Shown piece after piece: positions 24,001-46,195 of a stretch of 47,325 bases of DNA. This DNA is from Intoshia linei (taxonomy: Eukaryota; Animalia; Orthonectida). How positions within the stretch are numbered: the stretch's first letter is position 1; each line of letters begins with the position of its first letter. The notes beneath the pieces are model-generated. The model was given only the letters and a program-made list of their open reading frames with translations. It did no database searches and was not told the origin of the DNA. Position numbers and translations under genes: made by a program. Where the stretch lies: positions 1-47,325 of the forward strand of contig LWCA01000153.1 in NCBI GenBank assembly GCA_001642005.1, in the 5' to 3' direction.

Positions 24001-25461
24001 ATGCTTTTTATTCTATGGTAAATTTTTTAAATTTGGGTCGCAAACTGCGATTATGTAATTATAATTATTATTGTGTATTTTGAAATTAGTATAAAGTGAA
24101 TAAATAGGGCGAATAGACTTAGGCGGCATAAAAATTGTTCAAATATTAAGAAATTTTTTAGTATAACATTTTGAGAAATAAGGGAATATACAAGGCCCGC
24201 ACCCTTTTTAATTAATTCTTACTTACAAATTATATATAAAATTGAATGTTTGTGTGTTTTACCGTTTAAGTAAAAAACTAAACCAGCTAGAATTGAAAAA
24301 AGTCTATTTTTAATACATTTGTTTTATCAGAAATTTAGGTTTTAAGGGTCAAAATTGTAAATTAATCTAAATTATTATTATTTATTTATTATTACATGTA
24401 CTGTTTTAAATATTTCGTAATGATATTGGAACCGTGTATAAAAAAGAAATTTGAAGGTTATTTTTATTAATGTCCAAAGTGGTTTAATTTTGGGGGAAAG
24501 GAAGACAAAAAAAGTTTGGGAACCTGTTTAAGCCCTATTTTTCCAAAAATAATATAAAATATAACAATTTGCACATTTGTCACAAAATTTCATTGATAAA
24601 AAAATATATCTAGCAAAATGCTGAAAATGCTGATATGGAGGGTTATAGGTTGACAAAATCTGAGAACTACTGATATAATGTCTAACATTGAGTGGATCTT
24701 GAAAATTTATTTGTTTTGTTGGATATTTGCTGTAAATTTCAAATTAAATATATTTTAGGGGAATGCAGCGAATATGATATCTCTCAATTTTGCATCAGGA
24801 CATGTTGCATTCACAGAAATGTTGCCAAATTTTATGAAATATTTTGTTATTTTATTTAATACATTCGTTTTCACGGGATTTGCAATTTTCCTGCTCCCTT
24901 TCAGGTTTTTTAATTATTTATATTGATTAATTCATTCGACTATGATGACTGATAATTTAAACTACATGTATCAACTCGCTATGTGAAATCTATGTACTAG
25001 AAATGTATTACTATTATAATAATTGTGCTATGAAATGCTGTTTGTTTTATTATATGGCATATGGCACATCTTCGTAAGTTCTGTTCTATACAAACAGTAT
25101 CAACTCTGCTGAAGATGGTGATTCTGTTTGAAGTTAAATTTTAAAGAACCTTTCCAGTTAAAATCCATACAATGACGTTACATTAGAATAATTTTTATAA
25201 CGGTTTTAAAAATTAATTTACATTAATTACAACTTGTTAATTCAAAACTTTAGAGAGAAAACATCAAGCGTTATAATTATGTTGCTCTTTGAAACATTTG
25301 CTCTGATGTGCTTATCATTAAGCGTGATTATTCAAAAATTTCATTTATTTATATGGAGCGTTTTCATACCCCGCTTAATATTCCAAACTTTAACATTGAT
25401 CGGTTATTTACTTTATTTGACTGTATATTTCGTTGTTTATCAAATTAAACTTTCAAAATAA
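18089..25461 (+). CDS. PIGG: GPI ethanolamine phosphate transferase 2 (PIG-G/Gpi7), multi-exon
   Basis: KVVFILIDGL, PPTYT..IKSFMTGTLPS, HFCGLDHIGH, GDHGMSKTGSHGA, GSSLIEQE, AFYSMGNA and the C-terminal HLFIWSVFIPRL, with many TM segments. Internal exon boundaries in the TM half are approximate. Confidence 0.9.
21932..23747. mobile_element. Foldback-type MITE with long TIRs and internal subrepeats; right TIR split by P-type element
   Basis: Left ATATGTCGCATAGAATGTGTACAAC...GTCGTAGAATGTGTAAAATT matches the reverse complement of the right arm once 22362-23699 is removed. Internal TTTTTTGAACCAAAC-type repeats occur in both orientations. Confidence 0.75.
22362..23692 (-). mobile_element. P-superfamily (THAP9-like) DNA transposon, internally deleted
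   Basis: ~80-bp TIRs (CAA[A/G]GAC...GGACGGAATACGAGA.ATTCTAGTAAAAAGATTGTAGGCG...GCTCTAAGA) with 7-bp TSD GACTAAC at 22355-22361 and 23693-23699. Transposase pieces: MPRKCSSANC (THAP start, ATG 23345), RRYS...AYQEVRKLLSLPHPKT, CVLLINEMYVK, SIITDSLSLN. Confidence 0.9.
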
Positions 25462-26250
25462 AATTTTATCTGTTTTTCATTGTTTTTTTTAATGTTTATT
25501 ATAAATCGACAATATTTATCACAACACCTACTATAAATATTGGAATTATGGTAGTCATCAAATTATTCATTTTATAATTGGTATTAATTATACTGCAGTA
25601 AATTAAGATTACTAATCTAAATCACACGGTCAAGGTTCGACCATGAAATTACGACCAGTTACGATCACTAATAGTGACAAAATGAAAATATTTTCCAAAA
25701 TCAACAATTAATATGGATATAAGCGTTAGAATTATCTCAACTCATCTTAGGAATCGTGCCTCTGACCATGTTGCAGAACTTACTTAGTAGTAAAGTAGAG
25801 TGACCTTAAATAAATATTTAAAATGAGGCACATTGCCAAATACTGTAATATATTCACTAAAGTTATAATAAAGTTTAAACTACATTATCTATTATAATTA
25901 TAATTTCTATATACAAATTTGTAACAATTTTGAAAATTTACATTATTCAATTTTATATTTCTAGATATTTTGTACGTTTAAAATAGTATTGGCTACAAAA
26001 CTGACGCGTTGCTCCTTATTGAGAACCATAATTGATAGATTCTACATTGTATACATGTAAATTCCCAGTTAAAAGTAAACTTTATTTGGGGAACTTTCCT
26101 TGTGTCCAAAAGAATAAATAAACATATATTTAAGAAACTAAGTTACACTATAGTGAATGGAAATGTTTATGGAGATTTTGAGTTTATTGGGTCTATTCTG
26201 ATTTGCATCTAAATCTAAAAAAACTGTTTTAATTAAATCTTTCAAATCAA

Positions 26251-28709
26251 ATGTTATCGAAAACGAGTACACTTGAAAGATTGGACAAGCTCAATAATAC
26301 TAGTGAATCAATTCGAAAATTTGCACTATATGCATTCAAAAATAAAGAAGAATCGGATATTTTATGTGATATATGGGCTCGTAAACTCAGAGAATGTATA
26401 TTTGTATTTTATATTAATGTATTATTATTAGTGAATAATGTTTATTTTAGTAACTGGTTTAAAATTTGTTACCTATTTTTATGCAGCAAATGAAATTTTA
26501 CAGACGTGTCTTAAAAATAGAGCAGCAGTATATAGAAATAGTTTTAAAAGAGTTTTACCTGCCGCTGTACGCATATCAAAGTAATACTTTTTTTTCTGTA
26601 ATTATTTTTAGTGGTAAAGCTTATTCTGATAAAATAAAAAGAGTTATTGAAATATGGAAAGAAAGAGGAGTTTATAGTAGTGATTATACAACAAAATTAA
26701 TTAGTATTTTGACAGGTAATGTGATTTTTATTTGCAATTTACATGTTTGTACCTACCTAAAATATATAAAAAATATCTAAACCCTAAATCTACCCTTTGT
26801 CCTGTTGATTCTGTCACACGTGACGTTAATTACAATTTTTAATGAATAATGTATTAGTAATTTATTGTAATATTTTAAAAATTTTTGGGATCTCGTATAA
26901 TTTGGAAAGTTTAATGTATTGCAAGGAATGAATATTGCTTATTTACAATCTAAATTTTATTTTATTTAGGTAGCAAAGTGGATCAGATCTGTGATGTTCA
27001 AGAATTGAATGTAAGTGTTAAAAGTCAATATAGTATAACCCATCGTGTTTTAAAATAGGGCTTAATGCAAGAAATTTACAAGTCGAAAAATGTATAATTA
27101 GGGGGAATGTTAAAATACAGTACAATAGTAATGTGTGTTGTAAATTGCAACTTGTAAGGCAAAACTAATAAAAGCTTTTTAAAACGTATAAACATTGTTT
27201 ATTAAATAATCTCTTTTACTGAACATTTTATTTTGTTCATATTATGTATAAAAAAACTTTTTGATTTATGATTTTATGGGTCGATGCTTTGTTATTAATA
27301 TTTTAGGTGAAATTTTGATTATTTAACGGATTTTCTGTTTAGACTGAAGATTTAATAATACAACTGCGCGAATTCGACGAAACCAGCGAAAAAAACATGC
27401 AAATATACAAAAAATTACAAGAAAACCCCATGTATGACGTTTGCTCTGAAGATGTATCGAAAAATAAAGGTAAACATTTAATATTACGGAAACAATTTTT
27501 TTAGATCGAGACAGCGTTAGAAAATTTGATGCCAAGGTTCAAAATTTTCACGAGGAAATTGCTGATTATGCTCAAGCCATCGACGAAGAAATTTGTAGTA
27601 CAGAAAAATTAATAGTTCTACTAAATTGTTGCGATAGCGTATTTTCCAACCATTTTACTGATGTACAATATGTTGTTAGCGTATGAATAATTGATTACTT
27701 TTTTTTATTTACAATATTGATTTGTGATTTGGATTGCGTTTCCCAAAGTCGATTCCACATCCACCGTATATGATCATTTTTTGGATTAGAGTTTTTTTTA
27801 AAGGCCGACATTTTTGCTGGGTTTTATTTTTTCTAAACTATGAAAATGTCAGTTTAGGTTAATTTCTTTGCGGTTAATCGCAAAGAACCCATTGATTAAT
27901 CATATTTTGATACCACTTCAATTCAAATTTAAAATAATACATTATAATTTTATGTTTATTTTTAGGCTTACCAAGATTATGCAGAAAAGATTGAAAAATC
28001 TTGTGATTTTGTTAATGCGCGTATTAAAAAAATTGAAAACAGTACCGATGACTTAGATTCTCCTCCTTCCTCTCCAGACATCAATTGTCCTTCTCCTACA
28101 GACACATTTGGAAATAGTGATGAAGGTATGCATTACATTGATTATAGTGGTTCACAATTATGTTCGGCCGCTTAATATTACAAATAATAACAAACTATAT
28201 TATTTGAGGCAGTATCCACCAAACGTTTTTGAAAGCCACGTCATTTTTGCACGATTGAATATCTTACGTGGTATCATTCGAAAATTTTTTTAACGGTTAA
28301 ATGAATGTGCACTGCACAATAGTAAATTTAAAAAAAATAAGTAAAAAGGTTTCTGGATTTAAAATTATTCATTTAAATAAATTCTATTTTGTTAGAAAAT
28401 AGACCGATTACTGTGCCTTTTAATATGCCTCCACCAATGTTACAGCAAAATACTCAAATATTTCAAAATCAAAATTCGTTTCCTCCCCAAAATTTAAATT
28501 ACCATGTACGCCCTGAAAGTCTAATACAACCGAGATTTATTGAACCGTACAACCAATATATTGCTCCGAAAAGGCAGCATTTTGACGATACAAATAATCA
28601 AAATACTAAAAATTATTCAAGTAATTTGAGATTTCCAGGTAGACGAAACAATGACCAAAACAGATTTAACCGAGACTCACGATATCATTCTCGAAATAAA
28701 TACATTTAA
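26251..28709 (+). CDS. RPRD2: Regulation of nuclear pre-mRNA domain-containing protein 2-like (CID/RPR domain), ~8 exons
   Basis: CID motifs LNNTSESI, YFYAANEILQTC and KIKRVIEIWKERGVYS. Coiled-coil DVQYVVSAYQDYAEKI followed by SPPSSPDINCPSPT (RPRD2-type), and a Pro/Gln/Arg-rich tail. Confidence 0.82.
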
Positions 28710-28728
28710 ATGTTTATAAAATAAAATT

Positions 28729-31104
28729 TTAATTATTTTTGATGCCTTTCATAGATTCTAGCCATTCATCATCGCAAACTTCACTTTCATCGCTATTGAT
28801 TGAAACACCATCATTCTTGGAAGAGGAATTCAATAATTTAGTATATTTGTATTTACTGGATTTTTTTTTGGTACATGAGCATTTATGGTTAATAATTTCA
28901 AAAACTATCAGAAAAATTAACCACAAACCTAAAACCCCTGTTGTAGCTTGAAATAGTATAGAAATCCCCAATTTTTCGTAAAAATAACCAAACATCATTG
29001 CCCCTAGAGCATACCCAAAAGGAGCGATTAATCCACGCAAAACTAAATCGACACTTCTATCCATTTGCCAGTTTATAACTACAAATTCATCTAATTTTTC
29101 CAGTGTGTCTTTGAACAAAGGTCTTCCGAAAGCACTAAGTGTTGCTCCAATAAGTATATACCAAGGATTAAAAGAAAATGAGTATACGACGCATTGAATC
29201 ATTGATATTAAAACGACTATGAAAATAATCTTTCGCTTCAAAATTTTGGTATTAAATTTCCTACTCAATATGATTGAAAATAAAATTTGACTGACCGAAG
29301 CGACTGATATAAATAATGAAAAATGTAATCCATTTCCACCAACATCAACAAGACTCCAAAATAGAAATAGTTGTTCCAAAGATTTGATCATTTCAAAAAT
29401 AAAAAAAGTAATTGTATATACTGCAGCAGTCATGCTACCAAAACACATTCGTAAACCTCTATTAACCAATATAGGGGTATGTGGAGGTATAATGTGAGAA
29501 TCTTCATCAGATATGGGTAAGTGTTCGTATACATTAGATTTGTACATTTTGGTTTTCTTTGAAGGTGCACTACTCAATTCAGAGTAGGAACGTTTCATTG
29601 GGTTCAACAAAAATACAAGAGGAATCGAAAGTATCATAAAACCAGCATAGAGGTAAAAGTGTAAAAGGTACTTGCTGGAAACTCTTTCAGAGGCGTTAAT
29701 ATAAAAATATGGAAACGTTTCAAATTGAGGGGTACTGGACAAATTCATTGTTGGGTACCAAAAACTAATGACATTACATTTTGAAGAGGCAATAACAATC
29801 AATACTGTTATGAAAGGAACCACGGCATATCCCAAGAGTTTCCAAATTTTGTGGTTAGAAAAACTTTCACTCATTTCGATAGTGTCTAAATATTCGAACC
29901 ACGCATTATCTACGACTCGGTTGTGAGGAGGAGAGAGCAAACCCACTAGAATTAGTATTACCAACATGAGTACAAAGGAATGCTTCGGGGAAGAGTAAAT
30001 TTTTTGGTGGATTTTGTCCAATCGTTTTTTAAATACGCTTAAAACACTTCCCATCAAGTAATTTTCATTTAAATTTTCAGCATCTTTGATAATTTTTAAC
30101 TTTAATGTAGTGTCCATTGCTTTCGTTTTTTCAATTTCCGTTTTCATGATTATGGTTGTTTTTTTCTCAATTTTCATTGGAGTCGTAGTTGTCGTGGTAG
30201 TAGTGGGTTGGGTAGTAGGTTGAGTAATGATTTGATCGTTTTTTATTTCATTCTGTGCAATTTTTTTGGCATGTTTATGTTTTTTTCCTTTGTAAGAATG
30301 AACATTGGGTTCATCAATAAATTCATCTATATTAAAGAAATTGTACCTTGGATTATTTTTTTTCTGTTTTTTCATTTTATAATTTCCTTCTTTTCTTTTA
30401 ATGTCGAATAAATTTCTTCTATTGCGTTTCAGTGGTTTACTCTGCATTTGTTTATCCAAATCGTCCAAAGTATTGTACAAATAGGTGTAATCCTTATCCG
30501 ACATTAATTTCCAATCATCTTGTGAAATATTGAGGTTTTTAATGGAATTTTTTTGGTCAGTGTTTAGTTTATTCATAAATTTATCATAATAACTCTGCCA
30601 CTCTGTATTAACAACAGAATCGTTCAAATTTGAAAATTCAACGTCTCTGAGCAGATCAGATAAATCCTTTTCAACGTTAATTTTTTGGGTAGTATTGTTA
30701 AAAGGAATAGAAGCATTGGAATGAAAGAAATTTTTGAGAAGGTTGTGTAGAGAAATTGAATTTTCAGATTGTATACATTGAGGATAAAATTGAGTCTTTA
30801 TAGGATCAAATTTAAGTGGAACTGTAGTCATTATCATGTATAATACCAGAGTAATCATTATTGACACTAATATGTTTGAGCGAGCTGAACAATATACACG
30901 ACACAATGACGGCCAAAATATCGTCCCAAAAATTGTAGATGTTTTATAGGAGGCGTACAAAAGTCCCATCAAAAAAGCATTTAACCCTACAGCACGGTAA
31001 AATAATGGCAAAAATGGCATTAATGCTGCATTCGCCGAGTTTGAGGCAAAATAGTAAGTTGACATGAGGCATGTCGTACAAATGTAACTTGCGTAATTGA
31101 CCAT
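28729..31104 (-). CDS. MFSD6-like major facilitator superfamily membrane protein, intronless (791 aa from first ATG)
   Basis: N-terminal YYFA..A.AALMPFLPLFYRAVGLNAFLMGLL...IFWP is characteristic of MFSD6/MFS_1_like. Large loop after TM3, FLFW motif, GYALGAMMFG and an acidic DDEWL tail. Confidence 0.8.
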   Translation of the reverse strand: MVNYASYICTTCLMSTYYFASNSANAALMPFLPLFYRAVGLNAFLMGLLYASYKTSTIFGTIFWPSLCRVYCSARSNILVSIMITLVLYMIMTTVPLKFDPIKTQFYPQCIQSENSISLHNLLKNFFHSNASIPFNNTTQKINVEKDLSDLLRDVEFSNLNDSVVNTEWQSYYDKFMNKLNTDQKNSIKNLNISQDDWKLMSDKDYTYLYNTLDDLDKQMQSKPLKRNRRNLFDIKRKEGNYKMKKQKKNNPRYNFFNIDEFIDEPNVHSYKGKKHKHAKKIAQNEIKNDQIITQPTTQPTTTTTTTTPMKIEKKTTIIMKTEIEKTKAMDTTLKLKIIKDAENLNENYLMGSVLSVFKKRLDKIHQKIYSSPKHSFVLMLVILILVGLLSPPHNRVVDNAWFEYLDTIEMSESFSNHKIWKLLGYAVVPFITVLIVIASSKCNVISFWYPTMNLSSTPQFETFPYFYINASERVSSKYLLHFYLYAGFMILSIPLVFLLNPMKRSYSELSSAPSKKTKMYKSNVYEHLPISDEDSHIIPPHTPILVNRGLRMCFGSMTAAVYTITFFIFEMIKSLEQLFLFWSLVDVGGNGLHFSLFISVASVSQILFSIILSRKFNTKILKRKIIFIVVLISMIQCVVYSFSFNPWYILIGATLSAFGRPLFKDTLEKLDEFVVINWQMDRSVDLVLRGLIAPFGYALGAMMFGYFYEKLGISILFQATTGVLGLWLIFLIVFEIINHKCSCTKKKSSKYKYTKLLNSSSKNDGVSINSDESEVCDDEWLESMKGIKNN

Positions 31105-31994
31105 ACTGCTATGCCAATTATTCAATATTCTTTATTTTGGGTTGGTTATTTCACGGTTGAACAACGCAAGAAGAACAATGTACAATGTTGTTATTACTCC
31201 AAAGATATAGACTCCAATTTCGTATTTTGCATTATCATATTAAATGACACGCTTAGGTAGTTTAGAATACAAATAGATACAATTCATTACTATTTACCTA
31301 GTTAATCTATTTTTGTTGTAGACAAATGCACTGCAAACGTATTTTTACAAAATTACATGGTATTGGCAATTTATAAAATCGACAAAGTCATATTCTATTT
31401 GGCTCTTTTAGATAAGATTGTTTTTATCAATCAATAGTGCATTGAATTTTTATTTCAAATATTGATTTTTTCAAAATTATTATGTGGCTCATGTTAATTA
31501 TTTAAAATTTTTATTAGTGCACTTAAAATTTAAAGTTGAGGGAATAGATTCAAGTCAAGATTATCCAATGGATACTATATCAAAAATCATGACATTGATA
31601 TTCACAAGAATTTATTAATGATCAATTATTGATACACACGTCGTAGTGATCACTGATCAAGTCTTGCATATTATTATAGCGTATTATAATCACAAAAATT
31701 GAAAGTTAGTAATTTACCTTGGTTACAATGAAATTATATTTCAATTTTACGAGGCTAAACTAGAAAAGCCCCAAAATATTTATTGCTACGGTCAGATTAC
31801 AAAAACGTTTTTATTTAACTACTGTGTATAAATGCAAAACATTAAAATTTGACATAAATAATTAAGATAATTATAATTATTTATCGGGAGAACAAAACTA
31901 GAAAACATAAAACTGGAAATAAAATTTAAATACAAGATTACAATTTGCATTTTACAAATTTTGCAACAGAATGTACATTAAAATTCTAAAATGG

Positions 31995-39345
<7,351 letters not shown>

Positions 39346-39747
39346 TTTATCGTATTTACTAACTTTATTTAATTTATATATATTATTTCAAATCAATGCT
39401 ATTAGCGATTAAATGTAGTGCACTGCACTTTATTATTTGCTATTTGAAATATTTCAGATTTGTGTAAAATGTTTATATTCTGTGACCACTGTTTTTATAG
39501 TGTAGAATCTACACTATAAATATACGTTGGCAGATATTATATATTTAAATAAGATGATTTTAACATTTTTGTTTTTGATGTTTTTTTTATTTTTTGCTGA
39601 AATACTGTAATGAATTACAGTGTTTGTCGATTTAAACACAGCTTTATGCAAAATTTAATTTAAATTTAAGGGTTAAAAATAGACTACAACTTTGTTATAA
39701 ACTACCGCATTTATTGCGCGTTCTATTTTTTATATACATTATCATTA

Positions 39748-40795
39748 TCCTAACCTAACTTATATAAAATGCTTTGTTTGTCTGTGTGTTATCGTTTATT
39801 TTAATAACTACAAGTCTTAGAATTTTATAAAATTCACACTTCTATTACAGTTTTTTCCGGGTGAAAGTAAGATAAATTTCAACCTTCGAAAATCACATCT
39901 TACCAGTCAAAACCCCCAATTATTTTTTTTTTTGAAAATCAGACGAATTCGAGAATTTAAAAAAATATATATCTTGAAGGCCAAAACAAAAGAACCGATG
40001 ATTTTAAATGAAAAAAGCCCTAGAATTTAAAAAAATTACGGGTGGTACAGTTGTATCCTGTTAACACACACAAAAAATTTCAATCTGAATAAGTAGTACA
40101 GTTGTATCCTGTTAACACACATAAAAAATTTCAATCCGAATAAGTGACGACTTCACGGTAAAAAAGGTACTTTAATATTAATTTTTTTTATTTTGATACT
40201 ACAAATTGTATTTTATTAAAACAAAAATTTAAAATAATTAATGGTTCTACAATTAAAAATAAATGTTTTTGATAGAGCTTATTCCATTTGATATAAATAC
40301 AAAATTTCAAGCCCAGAAATCTACGCATTCCCAGTGAAAAATAATTTTTAATATATTATCAACCAATAATTTTTCAAATGTTGGATTAAAATTAAAAAGT
40401 AAAATAATCATTCTACAATTTCGAAAAAAATGAGTAGTGTAAGTCTACACATTTCCAATAAAGAAATATTGATGAAAATATATATAATTCATTCCTTCGC
40501 AATTTTCCACTTTCAAAAAATTTAACAAAATTTATTACTACTACAGCAACTAAAAATACAACTTTGTTATTATTATTTTTGTATTTTAATGCTTTCAATC
40601 TTGGTAAAATTCATCTGAAATGTTTTTAAACTTCTGCTTCCGTTAATTATTGATACATATTTGGTATTTTTAATTATTTATTAAATTGTTAATGAATCAT
40701 GTTAGTAAATTTATAATTTTAAAATTCAATATGTCCGTCCTAGGCAGAGCTATGTGTTGTTTGTACGTATTAATAGTACAAAACAGCCAAGCTAG
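39748..40795 (+). mobile_element. Complete non-autonomous Helitron-like element (~1.05 kb)
   Basis: Inserted between A and T with no TSD. 5' TC, 3' CTAG, and a subterminal hairpin TGTAC...GTACA. Contains a 51-bp tandem duplication (40045-40146). Related 5' fragments at ~433-650, ~1051-1390 and ~24216-24340. Confidence 0.75.
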
Positions 40796-41329
40796 TAAAT
40801 GTATATTAATGTTTGATAATATCGATACAAACCTTACATTTAATATGAATATGTATGTAGCTTTTTCTCTTTTATATTGATGATTTTTTTTAAGTTTTTC
40901 TTATATTTCATGTGAATATGAGTATAAAAAAATTAAGATTTCTGATTCGTACAGTATATTAACGAAAGAATAAAGTATTAGCTATGCTATTTTTTTAAAT
41001 TCTCCGATTTAATTTTTCAAAATTGTAGTTTTTGACACTGCAGATTTTAATTTCTGATAATGAAATTTGCGATATGCATCATTCGGGAAAAGCTGTATTA
41101 TAAATTTGATTTTTTATAAATTTTTGGACTTATTTTTGTAAATAACACACAAAGGTAGTACCGCACATTCGATTGCTACAATTTTCAATTTACCATTTTT
41201 TTATACAAAATTTTAAAGAGGGTTTTTAGAGAAATTTTTTTTTATATTTTAAAGGGGTTTTAGGGAAATATTTTTAATATTTAAATTTAAATGTGATTTT
41301 TTTAATTATCATAGTACAAAAAGTAATTG

Positions 41330-41490
41330 TACTAGACTTTAAAAATAAAAAATTGTCTTGATGTTTGGGAACCATTCCTTTAAAAAATTAGTAATAGTGG
41401 CATTTTTATGTAATATTTTATTGGTAGAATTAGAAAAGTCCGCCCTCGACAAAGCTAGGTGCTGTTTTGTAGTTCGTAGCTAGTACATTA
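41330..41490 (+). mobile_element. Helitron-like subterminal 3' fragment
   Basis: GTCCGCCCTCGACAAAGCTAGGTGCTGTTTTGTA is the reverse complement of motifs at 4561-4580 and 10025-10060. Confidence 0.6.
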
Positions 41491-41557
41491 TTTATGTATT
41501 ATAAAAAAATAATTTAATAAAAATATAATACAAATTTACACAAATTGATATAATATA

Positions 41558-42852
41558 CTATTCATTGACAGTTTCAGAAATATCCTGAATACTGATTTTG
41601 TTAAATTTAAGTCCATGATATTCACCCTATAAGAAACTTAAACAAAACACCAATTTAAAAAACCGTTTTCAATTTAATCGTGCAATAATCACCTCCATCC
41701 CGGGAAATGAGTTCTGCCAATTGTTCACGGTGTGCTCCATTAACCACAAGTAATAATTTTCCTAATAAAAAATAAAATAAAGACAAACAGAATGTAAATA
41801 AACATACCAGATTCAGGGATATATGTTTTTAAATCAGATTGATGTATTCTCATTTCATGTCCATTTTGAATACATACAGCTGTATCGCCATCGACTCTAT
41901 TAATGAAAAGTTTAGATGATGTGGTTGGTTTATCTTTTAATTGTACGTAAATTTTTTTTATAATCCAAATGGATCGTCTAGAAAATTTATCTTTGTGATA
42001 CTTTTCAGATTGTATAATTTGAGAAATGGCGGATATAGCGCTAGATTTAGATTTTTTGGAAGATTTAATACTCGGAGTAAATGCTTTGAAAACATCATTA
42101 GACTGTAATACATTAATTTTTTGCACCTTGTTAATAGTATTTGTGTTTTTTTTACGATCCACAATATCTGACACTGGAGTTTTAACTGTACTCTTAGCAA
42201 ATTTAAACGAAATTGGTTTAATGGCATCAATTTTGGATATGTCGTTAGTTTCTTTAGTATCATTTTTTTCGTCAATATCATCTTTTTTGGTATTTTCATA
42301 CAACAAACCTCGTTCCACTTGTCGATTTATCTCAATTTCAACAAGTTCTTCATCAGTCCGATCAACTTTTGTTTTACTTTCCATCATTTTCCGTTTAGCA
42401 ATCGCTTCAGCGCTTTGGTCGATGTATGCAATAAACCAACCTTGTTCCGTTTGATCAATTTTACAGTAGCCTTTTTTAGACATCCATAATATAAACCCAG
42501 TCAACGATGTCCATTGAGTCGAGTTCATGTGAATATGATTACGATCCCCAATAAACTCTTGGTACACTCGATTCGCTTTTACTCTTTTAGTGCCGAATCT
42601 ACACCGTAAAATTTGTATAAAGTCGTTTAGAAATTGACGGGAATATTCACCAACATACAAGTTTGTGTTTTCAGACACTACCAATAATTGCCTTTGGTGG
42701 CTTTCTGATTGAATGTGACATTTAAAACCATTTGCATCTCGACATTGCTTTTGACAGGCCTGGCAGTAAAATTTTAATTTTAAGAGTCCTTTAGATTTTA
42801 TTCTATTTGCTATCGCTTTTGGTGTTAATGCTCCAGGTTTTTCTTTTCCCAT
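41558..42852 (-). CDS. KIN: DNA/RNA-binding protein KIN17, 3 exons
   Basis: TPKAIANRIKSKGL.KLKFYCQACQKQCRDANGFKCH..SESHQRQ zinc finger and HIHMNSTQWTSLTGF. Two short introns restore the C-terminal GKLLLVVNGAHR...GEYHG...QDISETVNE*. Confidence 0.96.
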
Positions 42853-43028
42853 TTAAAATTTTATTATTATCGTTGTCAATGTTTTTTGAGAATCAATCTT
42901 ATTTTATGAAGCCAACTTTTTTGATTTTACATTTTGTTGTAATATTTATGGCGCAATGATAAGAGTTATCTAGTGACAGATTATTTCATCGTTACAAATC
43001 AGTTTCAATATGGATTTTTACTTTTGAT
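42853..43028. promoter_or_regulatory. Putative bidirectional promoter KIN17/CDK
   Basis: Only 176 bp between divergent ATGs. Confidence 0.55.
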
Positions 43029-46080
<3,052 letters not shown>

Positions 46081-46195
46081 GTAATTTATTTATTATCAGT
46101 ACGACACAGCTAGTTGAGATATTTTGAGTCTACCTCTTGGAATTCTATTTAAAAAAGTGTTTATGGTTAATTTGTCTCATCTATGATCAATGTAT

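Noticed and set aside
31126-31240. In-frame hydrophobic stretch upstream of the MFSD6-like ORF separated by one TAA (possible readthrough)
   Set aside because: No start codon or clear acceptor, and the MFSD6-type N-terminus is already complete from the ATG at 31104.
41958-42454. Overlapping alternative-frame and antisense ORFs in KIN17 (likewise in UMPS, PIGG, DDX46 and MFSD6)
   Set aside because: Shadow ORFs of real coding sequence with no independent motifs.
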